From assembly GCA_943354835.1 (NCBI GenBank), contig CALRDH010000001.1, positions 191,298 through 255,297 of the forward strand: a stretch of 64,000 bases of DNA. The letters run 5' to 3'. The position numbers and the translations under genes were made by a program. Below the pieces are notes generated by a model, which saw nothing but the letters and a program-made list of their open reading frames with translations, searched no databases and was not told the DNA's origin. The stretch comes from a candidate division WWE3 bacterium. GTDB taxonomy: Bacteria; Patescibacteriota; WWE3; 2-01-FULL-39-13. Shown here one piece after another: positions 29,283 through 39,316 of this stretch (its first letter is position 1; every line of letters starts with the position of its first letter).

Positions 29283-30618
29283 TAAATTGCACGTTTTCGT
29301 AATGTTTTTTTCCTTTTTTATTTCGATTTTATTTACATATAGCTACATAGATTTTAGTTCTAATATGTCTGTTGGAGTAGGGCATGTATATACCGCGAAA
29401 AGCCTTGCTCTGTCTGGGGATTTTAATGTGGATGAATATTGGGGAAATTCTGGCGTTGATGTGATTACCGCGTTTGACGGACACAAGTATGTTGCGTATG
29501 CACCGTTAAACGCTGTCTTAATGGCTATTCCGTATTATGGTTTGCAGTTTTTTTATTTTTTCTATTCGAAACTTGTTGGCCCAATAAATGGTGATATATC
29601 AATTATTCTAGAAAGTTTAGCTTTTAGTTTACCATCCAGCATTTTTTATTCGTTAGCTGGATTTTTGCTTTTTAGGTTTTTGATGGAATCAGGTATCAAA
29701 AAAATGATAGCCATTTTGACCGTAATCGGATTTTTGTTTGGAACGATATTCTTAAATTATAGTGTTAGTTTTTTTAATCATGTTCCTGCCGCATTTTTTA
29801 TTTTCTATTCATATTGTTTGATATCAAAGCCAAAAACAGATAAAGCGTTTTTATTTGCTGGGATTCTTACTGGGCTTGCTTTTCTAACTGAATTTCCGAC
29901 TATTTTGTTTTCCGTTGCTGTAGGTTTATTTCTTCTTTACGAACTAAAATATGAAAAACTTAATGTTGATATATTTTTAAAGCGATTATCTTATTTCTCT
30001 ATACCAATCGTTTTTTCAATTTTTCTTCTTGGGCTTTATAACTATGTCCATTTCGGATCTCCTTTTTTGATGGCGGAACAGATTTTGTATCAACAAAAAT
30101 TGGCATTGGGTGTTGGAGTCGAGCATGGTTTTAGTCAAAATCCAGTATACGGGATTTGGGGATTATACTTTTCACCTCTAAAAGGATTGTTTTTGATATC
30201 GCCGTTTTTATTATTTTCTTTTTTGGGATTTCGAAATTATTTAAAACAAAACAAGAAGTTAGCTATTTTGGGATTATCATACATCGTGTTTGTGTCGCTT
30301 TTATACTCGCTTTGGCCTGATTGCTTTGGAGCAACGCCATTTGGTCCAAGGTATTTAATTTCAGTAATTCCTTTTTTAGCTTTTTACTCTGGTTTTGCGT
30401 TAAAAAGTAAGTTAAATATTTGCATATATTCGATTTTAATTACTTTTGGAGTTTTTATTTGTGTGATGAATCTATTAGACGGATTGCCCTCGGGTAGGTG
30501 GTTTTCACCGACTAATTGTAATTCTATGCAATACGGGTCCTTTTTTAAAGCAAATAGTTATCTTATGAATTTGATAAAAGGAGATTTTAGGTTTGCGTCA
30601 ATTCTACTAAAAGGGTAG
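29266..30618 (+). CDS. GT-C-fold membrane glycosyltransferase-like protein
   Basis: Multi-TM; YNYVHFGSP, SPLKGLF, FGPRYL. Confidence 0.7.
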   Translation: MKKLSNKLHVFVMFFSFFISILFTYSYIDFSSNMSVGVGHVYTAKSLALSGDFNVDEYWGNSGVDVITAFDGHKYVAYAPLNAVLMAIPYYGLQFFYFFYSKLVGPINGDISIILESLAFSLPSSIFYSLAGFLLFRFLMESGIKKMIAILTVIGFLFGTIFLNYSVSFFNHVPAAFFIFYSYCLISKPKTDKAFLFAGILTGLAFLTEFPTILFSVAVGLFLLYELKYEKLNVDIFLKRLSYFSIPIVFSIFLLGLYNYVHFGSPFLMAEQILYQQKLALGVGVEHGFSQNPVYGIWGLYFSPLKGLFLISPFLLFSFLGFRNYLKQNKKLAILGLSYIVFVSLLYSLWPDCFGATPFGPRYLISVIPFLAFYSGFALKSKLNICIYSILITFGVFICVMNLLDGLPSGRWFSPTNCNSMQYGSFFKANSYLMNLIKGDFRFASILLKG

Positions 30619-30625
30619 CCCTTAT
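30609..30625 (-). repeat. 17-bp hairpin repeat, copy 2, at a convergent gene junction
   Basis: AAAAGGGTAGCCCTTAT. Confidence 0.7.
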
Positions 30626-31491
30626 AATTCCTCTAGCTCTCCGAGTCCAGATTCTTTTCTGTCTATATAGCGAAGGTAGTTTTCTGTTGTGGTTAGTCTT
30701 TTGTGTCCTGCGATTTTAGAGACGAGAAGAACGCTTGCTCCTCTTTTGAGGTGTTCTGCTACAAATGTGTGTCTTAAATCATTTACAGTGACGTCATCGA
30801 GCTGAATTTGTTTAAGATATCTTCCAATTGTCGCTCTTATGTTTCTAACTAGTAATGGATTTCCTGTTTTTGTTACGAATAAATGGTCGAGTTTTGAAGA
30901 AGGTCTTTCTTTTAGAAAGCCTTTTATTGCAGAAATTACTGCAGAATTAAGAGGAATTGTTCTGCCTGGGTTTTCTTTTGTTCCAGGTACTTCTAAAATT
31001 CCTTTTGCATCATGTTCTATTTTTATGTGATCGACTTTAATAAATGCTAATTCAGATATTCTAAGGCCTGTTTGAAGGAAGATTTCTATTATTGCACGTG
31101 TTCTTATATCGTCTTTTACTGTATCTCTTAACGCTCTGTACTCGATTTTAGTTAATATTCTTGGAGCATTTTGCTCAAGCCTTGGATGTTGAATAAATTG
31201 TGCAGGATCGTTTTCTATAATTCTTTCGTCAAGAAGAAATTTAAAAAATGTTTTGATTGCATTTATTTTTCTTGAGATAGTTTTTTTTGTGTAATTACTG
31301 TCCGATAGGTTTCTTAAGAAGTTCTCAATAATGGATTTACTAAGCTCGTGGGCACTTGATATATTTTGCCTTACTGCGAAGTCTGCTAATTGCTCAATAT
31401 CCTTTGCATAGGCCACAACAGTCGCTGTCGCTCTGCCTTTTGATATCAAACTCTGTACAAATTTTTCCCTCGCTGATGACAATAGTGTCAT
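30622..31491 (-). CDS. XerC/XerD-like tyrosine recombinase
   Basis: SAM-like N-domain, TGLRISE, NDLRHTF, AGH, TTENY. Confidence 0.9.
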   Translation of the reverse strand: MTLLSSAREKFVQSLISKGRATATVVAYAKDIEQLADFAVRQNISSAHELSKSIIENFLRNLSDSNYTKKTISRKINAIKTFFKFLLDERIIENDPAQFIQHPRLEQNAPRILTKIEYRALRDTVKDDIRTRAIIEIFLQTGLRISELAFIKVDHIKIEHDAKGILEVPGTKENPGRTIPLNSAVISAIKGFLKERPSSKLDHLFVTKTGNPLLVRNIRATIGRYLKQIQLDDVTVNDLRHTFVAEHLKRGASVLLVSKIAGHKRLTTTENYLRYIDRKESGLGELEEL

Positions 31492-31552
31492 ATTATAAGT
31501 TATATTATCTTGGGCAGATCAAACAACTATAAGTTTAGTCTATACACACAAA

Positions 31553-31582
31553 AAAAAGTGTCAATACTTTTAGACACTTTTT
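31553..31582 (-). terminator. Putative terminator after tRNA-fMet
   Basis: AAAAAGTGTC...GACACTTTTT inverted repeat. Confidence 0.55.
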
Positions 31583-31656
31583 GGTTGCGGGGCCAGGATT
31601 TGCACCTGGGTCTCGAGATTATGAGCCTCGCGTGGTTGCTACTCCACTACCCCGCG
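31582..31656 (-). tRNA. Initiator tRNA-fMet(CAT)
   Basis: CGCGGGG 5' end with C1:A72 mismatch, CAT anticodon, ACCA. Confidence 0.93.
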
Positions 31657-31710
31657 CCGATATTCATGTGACATATTTTACAACCTTTGACGCGAAAAAG
31701 CTAGGTTTTA

Positions 31711-32091
31711 TCAGTAAAATTTAAATTCGCTAAGCCAGAGACGCCAATTCTCGTTTTTTGTAGGCAACTTTTCCGATTGGTTTTCTTTTTCTTCATATGT
31801 AGCGCTAGAATCGCCCATTATTATGATTTTTTCACCTGGACGAGTTAAATTTAAGCGTTCTGTGGCCTCTTTTTCTATAAACTCTGGGGTATTTGCAAAT
31901 TCGATCTTTTCTGCCAATTCCTTATTAGAATTTTCAATTTCAACAACTTGTTCTTTTGCTTGATCTAACTTATTTATGCTTGTATTTAACCTGATAATAG
32001 ATCTGATTATATTAGCGAATATAAAAATTAATACGATTGTAATAATAATTGGAAATTTGCTATTACTGTTACTGACTTTTCTGTCTTGCAT
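31711..32091 (-). CDS. Septum formation initiator (FtsB/DivIC family)
   Basis: TM, coiled coil, FIEKEATERLNLTRPGEKII. Confidence 0.85.
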   Translation of the reverse strand: MQDRKVSNSNSKFPIIITIVLIFIFANIIRSIIRLNTSINKLDQAKEQVVEIENSNKELAEKIEFANTPEFIEKEATERLNLTRPGEKIIIMGDSSATYEEKENQSEKLPTKNENWRLWLSEFKFY

Positions 32092-32118
32092 ATGTCTAGT
32101 ATACTATTCCCATGATCT

Positions 32119-32194
32119 GGCGGCGTAGCTCAACGGTTAGAGCACAGCCCTCATAAAGCTGGGGTTGGTAGTTCGATTCTACCCGCCGCCACCA
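32119..32194 (+). tRNA. tRNA-Met(CAT), elongator
   Basis: GGCGGCG acceptor, loop CT-CAT-AA, GTTCGATTC, ACCA. Confidence 0.9.
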
Positions 32195-32202
32195 TTGCAG
32201 AT

Positions 32203-32219
32203 ATAAGGGCTACCCTTTT
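32203..32219 (+). repeat. 17-bp hairpin repeat, copy 3, after tRNA-Met
   Basis: ATAAGGGCTACCCTTTT. Confidence 0.75.
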
Positions 32220-32247
32220 TGTGTATTTGTCATGATAAACTGTTTCC

Positions 32248-33246
32248 ATGAAAAGAATTCTTACAGGTGATCGTCCTACAGGTCCTTTGCATTTAGGCCA
32301 TTATGTTGGCTCTTTAGAAAACCGTGTAAAACTTCAAAATGATTATGATTCTTATATATTAATTGCTGATGTTCAAGCTTTAACTGATAATTTTGACAGT
32401 CCAGAAAAGGTAAGGTTAAACACTTTGCAAGTTTTGCTTGATAATATTTCAGTCGGACTTGATCCAGAAAAAGTTACATTTCATTTGCAGTCCGCAATTT
32501 CACAAACTGCAGAACTCACAATTTTTTATGCAAATCTTGTTTCTATCGCAAGACTTGAAAGAAATCCAACAGTAAAAGACGAGATTTTGCAAAAAGCTGA
32601 CAAATTTAAAGAATCCGCAACTTTGGGCTTTTTGATGTATCCAGTTTCGCAAGCTGCTGATATTACGATAGTTAAGGGTGAAGTTGTTCCTGTTGGAGAG
32701 GATCAAGTTCCACATATTGAACAAGCACGCGAAATTGTACGAAAATTCAATTCTATTTATGGAGATGTTTTTACAGAGCCAGAAGTTTTGTTAAGTGAAA
32801 ATAAAAGATTAATTGGAACGGATGGAAACGCAAAAATGAGCAAGTCGATCGGGAATTGTATTTATTTATCTGATACCGCCGAATCTGTAAATGAAAAAGT
32901 TAAAAATATGTTTACAGATCCAAATCGAATAAGGGCGACAGATCCAGGAAAAGTAGAAGGAAATCCGGTTTTTATTTATCATGATATTTTTAATACAAAT
33001 AAGCCCGAAGTCGAGGACTTAAAATCTAGATATTTAAAAGGTACGGTTGGAGATGTTGAAGTAAAACAAAAACTCGCAGTCGCGATAAATACATTTTTGG
33101 AGCCAATAAGAGAAAGAAACGCAAAATTTTCTGATCAAAAACTTCTTATGGAAATTTTAGACGCAGGCACAAAAAAAGCACAAAAAATCGCACAAGAGAC
33201 AATGAGAGAAGTAAAAGATGCGATGGGGCTATATCAAATCAGATAA
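32248..33246 (+). CDS. trpS: Tryptophan--tRNA ligase
   Basis: TGDRPTGPLHLGHY, YPVSQAADI, VPVGEDQ, KMSKS. Confidence 0.98.
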   Translation: MKRILTGDRPTGPLHLGHYVGSLENRVKLQNDYDSYILIADVQALTDNFDSPEKVRLNTLQVLLDNISVGLDPEKVTFHLQSAISQTAELTIFYANLVSIARLERNPTVKDEILQKADKFKESATLGFLMYPVSQAADITIVKGEVVPVGEDQVPHIEQAREIVRKFNSIYGDVFTEPEVLLSENKRLIGTDGNAKMSKSIGNCIYLSDTAESVNEKVKNMFTDPNRIRATDPGKVEGNPVFIYHDIFNTNKPEVEDLKSRYLKGTVGDVEVKQKLAVAINTFLEPIRERNAKFSDQKLLMEILDAGTKKAQKIAQETMREVKDAMGLYQIR

Positions 33247-33250
33247 TCCG

Positions 33251-34585
<1,335 letters not shown>

Positions 34586-34604
34586 CTAGAAAAAATGGCT
34601 TTTT

Positions 34605-34681
34605 TGGTCGGGGTGAGAGGACTTGAACCTCTGGCCTCCGCGTCCCAAACGCGGCGCGCTAGCCAACTGCGCCACACCCCG
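34605..34681 (-). tRNA. tRNA-Pro(TGG)
   Basis: CGGGGTG acceptor; CCGCG-TT-TGG-GA-CGCGG. Confidence 0.96.
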
Positions 34682-34689
34682 ATATTTTC

Positions 34690-34779
34690 TGGCGGAGGGG
34701 ACAGGATTTGAACCTGCGCGGAACTTTTGGTCCCAACGATTTAGCAAACCGTCGCCTTAAACCGCTCGGCCACCCCTCC
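34690..34779 (-). tRNA. tRNA-Ser(GCT)
   Basis: GGAGGGG acceptor, GCT anticodon, long variable arm, GCCA. Confidence 0.96.
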
Positions 34780-34843
34780 ATCTTTCCAGTATTTTAGCAT
34801 TTTAATGCTTCCTATTGGTATCGGATATTATATACTTTTTAGT

Positions 34844-35407
34844 ATGACTAGATTATATCTAATGCGACATGCTGATGCATACGATGAAAACGGCGTACAG
34901 CTTCACGATTATCATTTAAACAATTTCGGCAAAGTTCAAGCACTTCAACTTGCAAGAAGACTTTCTGGAAATAAATTCGACGTTATGTATTGTAGCAAAA
35001 TTAGAAGGGCAATCGAAACTTGTGAAACTGTTAATGAGTATCACCATAATGAAGTTATGTTTTCTGCGAAATTTAATGAAGTTGGTACGGAAGATTGGCC
35101 ACACCCTGGAGTAGTTACAAAACCACAGGTGCTTGGTGATTATAAAGTTACATCAGAACGAATTTATACAATCTTTAAACAAGTCGTAGATGAAAATAAA
35201 GATAAAGAAGTTGCAATATTCACACATGGAAACTGGATTCGTGTTTTACTTGCCGAAATTCTTGCAGATGGAGATCCAAAAACTTTCGCTCATTTTGTAA
35301 TAAGTAATTCTTCTTTAACAATTATTGACGTTAACGAAGAAGGCTTCGAACATATTATTACAGTTTCTGATGGCGCTCATACGCATCTATACGAGACAAA
35401 GATCTAA
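34844..35407 (+). CDS. Histidine phosphatase family protein
   Basis: LYLMRHA, CSKIRRAIET, FTHGN. Confidence 0.9.
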   Translation: MTRLYLMRHADAYDENGVQLHDYHLNNFGKVQALQLARRLSGNKFDVMYCSKIRRAIETCETVNEYHHNEVMFSAKFNEVGTEDWPHPGVVTKPQVLGDYKVTSERIYTIFKQVVDENKDKEVAIFTHGNWIRVLLAEILADGDPKTFAHFVISNSSLTIIDVNEEGFEHIITVSDGAHTHLYETKI

Positions 35408-35433
35408 GTTCTTATTGTGGTAGAATTCGACTA

Positions 35434-35949
35434 ATGGAGATGCAAGACAAAAGCAACATCATAAAGCCTTCGCAAGTACTTATAGAATGGGACGCTCCAG
35501 AAAGAGTTTTCAAAACTAAACCTCGAGAATTTTATAGAAAAACCGGCGTAATAATAATATTCTTTGCAATCCTCCTTTTAATAATTAAAGAATTTTTAAT
35601 AATCGGAGTTTTAGGAATCGTGTTTTTTGTTGTATATGTTTTTCATACGGTTCCGCCAAAAGTTGTACATCATAAAATAACTACAAATGGGCTTGATTAC
35701 GCTTCCGAACATTTATACACATGGGCAGAATTACAATCATTTTATATAGAGAAAAAAGACGATACAGACTTTTTGGTATTAAACACAAAAAACCCAATCC
35801 CAGGAAGAATACTGCTTTTGCTTGACGCCAAAACAAATCATCAAAAACTATCAGAAATAATAAACGACTATATCTCAATAATAGAAAAACCAGAAATAAC
35901 CATGATGGAAAAATTCATGAACCAAGTATCGAAAAAAATAAATTTCTGA
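35434..35949 (+). CDS. Conserved-type two-TM membrane protein
   Basis: WDAPE...two TM...ITTNGL...YTWAELQSFY. Confidence 0.75.
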   Translation: MEMQDKSNIIKPSQVLIEWDAPERVFKTKPREFYRKTGVIIIFFAILLLIIKEFLIIGVLGIVFFVVYVFHTVPPKVVHHKITTNGLDYASEHLYTWAELQSFYIEKKDDTDFLVLNTKNPIPGRILLLLDAKTNHQKLSEIINDYISIIEKPEITMMEKFMNQVSKKINF

Positions 35950-35995
35950 TAACATTCACCATTAACAAATAAGTCTCCTGCAAAAAAATAAAAAT

Positions 35996-36963
35996 ATGAA
36001 TTTGCCTATAGTGGAAGTAGAAGCTGTTTTTTTTCCCAAGATGTTTTAGAAGCTTATGAATCTGCCCCCAGGCCTAAATATCTAGTAGCAGGGTTAAGTG
36101 TTGAATTTAAAAGTGACAGAAAACCTAAATCTGTTCCAACTCCAGCGTGTCAACTTTTCGCAGTAAATAATACTGAAAGTCATGATGTTTACTTTTTTGT
36201 ACAAGATAATGGTTGTGATTTTGAAGCCGACTTAACAAGTCTTGATGCATGTGAGTCTATTGTACTAAGTTATATTTTGCTTGGTTATGATGATAAATTC
36301 AGTATATCGGAGGATACAAAAGTTTATTTAATTAAACGATGTTTACAACTCGGTCAAGACTTCGATAAAACTGTTTCTTATATTTATGCAAAAACGGGGG
36401 TTGATATTAAAGATGTTACTGTTATGGCTATCTCTACAGAAGATTTAAATGCAGATTTAGGTATGCGTGCAAAAAATATTCAAAGTCTGTGTACTAGACG
36501 GTGTAGCGATTCTGAAGTTGAAAGATTGCTCCCCGAAATATTGAAGGCATTACCTAATAAAAAAATTGTTAAAGGCGATGAATTAAAAGAAATTAAGCCG
36601 ATTCAGTGGGATGTTGACGAAAAAGGACGTTCTTATCTAAAAATTTTCAATCGTTATGGTCATTCGTTTTTTTTATATGAGCCAAATGGAAAGCCTAAGT
36701 ATGTTGTTGAATCCTGTGCGACTGAAATTTCAAAAGTACATGGAGGTGGTAGTTTTCCGTTTTTAGCAATTCAACTTGCAATTAGTAATGGAGGTGAAGT
36801 TTCTGAAGAAGTGCTATTAGGCTTAGCAAAGGGACAAGGTCATAAAGCTGGTTTAGCGCAATTGCTTAAAGGATGTGGAATTTTTTGTTTTGATAAAAAA
36901 AGTCGCATGTATTATTTAGATACTCTTGGCGGAGGGGGGGGGATTCGAACCCCCGTGCCATAA
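35996..36963 (+). pseudogene. Hypothetical protein with a -1 frameshift at a T8 run (36027-36034); 3' end runs into the antisense of tRNA-Ser
   Basis: ATG 35996 frame stops after 18 codons; the -1 frame is open from ~36034 to 36963. Confidence 0.65.
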
Positions 36964-37014
36964 ATGACGCAAGCTTTTCGAGAGCTGCCAATTAAACCGC
37001 TCTTGCACCCCTCC
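36927..37014 (-). tRNA. tRNA-Ser(CGA)
   Basis: GGAGGGG acceptor, loop CT-CGA-AA, variable arm, GCCA. Confidence 0.93.
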
Positions 37015-37075
37015 GCGAATGTCTTTTAGTGTACGTGCTTATTTTATCGTATAATTAGTGACGAAGCCATATTGT

Positions 37076-37152
37076 GCACTCGTAGCTCAGCTGGATAGAG
37101 CGCAACTTTGCGGAAGTTGAGGTCACAGGTTCAAATCCTGTCGGGTGCACCA
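37076..37152 (+). tRNA. tRNA-Arg(GCG)
   Basis: GCACTCG acceptor, CAACT-TT-GCG-GA-AGTTG, GTTCAAATCC, ACCA. Confidence 0.93.
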
Positions 37153-37182
37153 CAGTTATTTTTTATATGCGGTTTTGAAAAA

Positions 37183-37836
37183 ATGAAAAACGGTGAAAAT
37201 GAAATTGATACGATTATTTTTGATGTAGATGGTACATTGTCTGAGGAAGTCTCATGGTTAAAACTCACCGATGGATTGGGCGCCTCATCTGAAACTCATG
37301 CCCAGATATTTGCTAAATTCAAAAACGGAGAATTAAAATATCCGGAAGCCAAACAAAAGCTTATTTCATTATGGCAAGAAACCGGAAATGCGAATAAAGG
37401 ATATATGGAAGATATGTTTAGATCGTGGAATCTAAAAGGTGATGCTGTTGAAACTATGGAGTATCTTAAGGCGTCGTATCGAATTTGTTTAATGTCAGGT
37501 GCTGTCGATCTGTATGTCAAAGTGGTTGCTGAAAAGTTGGGAATAGATCATTGGTATGCTAATACAGAACTTGTTTGGGATGAAGTCGGAAACCTTATTG
37601 ATTTTCATTATTTTGCGGATCAATCAGAAAAGAAACTAGAGCATTTTTACGAATATATCGCTAAATTCGGTTTGCTTACATGTCAATGTGCCGTGGTCGG
37701 TGATGGGGATAGTGATATTGCATTATTTAGAGAATTACCTTTTGGGGTTGCAGTAAACAAGCAACCGAATTCTGAATTAGAAGCTTTGGCAACAAGAACT
37801 ATATCTGATTTAAGTGAGTTACAAGGAATTTTCTAG
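37183..37836 (+). CDS. HAD-IB phosphatase (SerB-like)
   Basis: IFDVDGTL, LMSG, VGDGDSD; ATG at 37183. Confidence 0.85.
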   Translation: MKNGENEIDTIIFDVDGTLSEEVSWLKLTDGLGASSETHAQIFAKFKNGELKYPEAKQKLISLWQETGNANKGYMEDMFRSWNLKGDAVETMEYLKASYRICLMSGAVDLYVKVVAEKLGIDHWYANTELVWDEVGNLIDFHYFADQSEKKLEHFYEYIAKFGLLTCQCAVVGDGDSDIALFRELPFGVAVNKQPNSELEALATRTISDLSELQGIF

Positions 37837-37846
37837 CGGATATCTT

Positions 37847-39238
37847 TTATATCTTTTCATAAATCACTCCCTGCGCGTCTCTTTGAACTTCGGTGTAGTT
37901 GTATTTTGCGGGATTTTCACGAAGTAGTAAATCAAGAAATGTTCCGTTTGCGATTAGCAAATAATTTGTTTCATATTTGTTTAAAATCTGTTCCCAATCT
38001 GGTTGGGTTTGTGTTATTTTTAGCCATGTTGTGTATGGGCTTTCTCCGTTTTCACCTATCCATGCTGGCATTCTTCCGTCTATAAAAAATTTCATATTTG
38101 GTAATTTCCATACTAAAAAACCTCCCCATTCGTATGTGTTATATACATTTCCTGACTTATCCTTAAAGAATTCAACTTGATTGTTAAGAAATTGATCTTG
38201 GCCTTTATTATATTTATTTATCGAAACTACATTCGTAAATCCGAAATAAAGTATTAGGCCAAAAAGACATAAAAAGGAAAAATCATGAATAAATGAGGTC
38301 CATTTTTTTGGCATTTTAAATTTCCTGAATTCATAGCTTGCGAATATTACAGCTGAAAAATAATAAATCGGAAGATTTCTGCGGGCCGAAATTGCAAGGT
38401 ATGTCGATAATAAAAGAAGAACCAAAAAGAATATATTGAAATTTTTATAATTGGTTTTTGACAAATGTATGTAAAACAAAACTCCAGTTAGTGAAAGTAT
38501 CAAAAGAACATAATTTTGTGGAGGCGGAACCCATTCAGCAATTAATGTGTTCATTGGAATTTGCATGTGGTGATAAATTTCTAGGTAAATTCGGTAGCCA
38601 AATGGATTTATTAGAGTTGCGAGTATTCCTGTTATTGTGAGAAATATAAAACTTCTAAATTCACGGAAATCAACTTTTTTGAAAATCCATCTGTAAAAAA
38701 CATTTGCTGTGTAAATTCCCAAAACAATTGGCCCTAAGAAAAATCCTGCATGTGTGTTTGCCCAAATTAAAAATAGTAAGGGAAGAAGATATACAAGCTT
38801 TTTTCGTGATAAAAGGTAGATCTCTAGAAATAAAAATAAAAGCGTCATGAATTGAGACCTGAATCCAAGTGAAATCGTCGACCATGAAAAAGCCGTCGCA
38901 ATTAAAATAAGAGACATCTTTACTAGGAAATCTCCACGCATGGTTTTGTAAATCACAAAGATTATAAGCGATGAAACTATGGTTCCGATTATGCTAATTG
39001 CTACAAATCCACCAACATCGAAGGTTAGTGAAATTAGTGCGTCGTATATAAAACTTGGATATGCCCATTTGTAATCTTTTAAGAAATAGGTAAATGTATT
39101 GTCAATGCATGGTTTTTGAAGCTTGAGAAGTTCGCTTCCGCATCTGTAATGCCAGCCGAAATCCGGGTCTGTGTTTGGAATGAGGAATAGAAAAAAGATG
39201 AATGCAAAGAAGGATATGAAAAGTGTGTGCTTTCGCAT
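37847..39238 (-). CDS. GT-C-like multi-pass membrane protein
   Basis: DPDFGWH, WANTHAGF, INPFG, IAEW, YEWGGFL, FIDGRM. Confidence 0.75.
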   Translation of the reverse strand: MRKHTLFISFFAFIFFLFLIPNTDPDFGWHYRCGSELLKLQKPCIDNTFTYFLKDYKWAYPSFIYDALISLTFDVGGFVAISIIGTIVSSLIIFVIYKTMRGDFLVKMSLILIATAFSWSTISLGFRSQFMTLLFLFLEIYLLSRKKLVYLLPLLFLIWANTHAGFFLGPIVLGIYTANVFYRWIFKKVDFREFRSFIFLTITGILATLINPFGYRIYLEIYHHMQIPMNTLIAEWVPPPQNYVLLILSLTGVLFYIHLSKTNYKNFNIFFLVLLLLSTYLAISARRNLPIYYFSAVIFASYEFRKFKMPKKWTSFIHDFSFLCLFGLILYFGFTNVVSINKYNKGQDQFLNNQVEFFKDKSGNVYNTYEWGGFLVWKLPNMKFFIDGRMPAWIGENGESPYTTWLKITQTQPDWEQILNKYETNYLLIANGTFLDLLLRENPAKYNYTEVQRDAQGVIYEKI

Positions 39239-39251
39239 CTTTCTATTATAC

Positions 39252-39293
39252 GGGCCAGGCCCGAAAGGGCCTAGGCCCTTTCGGGCCTGGCCC
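39252..39293. repeat. Perfect 42-bp GC-rich palindrome
   Basis: GGGCCAGGCCCGAAAGGGCCT|AGGCCCTTTCGGGCCTGGCCC. Confidence 0.95.
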
Positions 39294-39316
39294 CCATAGA
39301 ATGCTAGAATATCCGC

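Noticed and set aside
30622-31656. Prophage or ICE integrase next to tRNA-fMet
   Set aside because: No phage or conjugation cargo and no duplicated tRNA end seen; Xer-like size.
37108-37182. N-terminal extension of the HAD ORF
   Set aside because: Overlaps tRNA-Arg; real start is ATG 37183.
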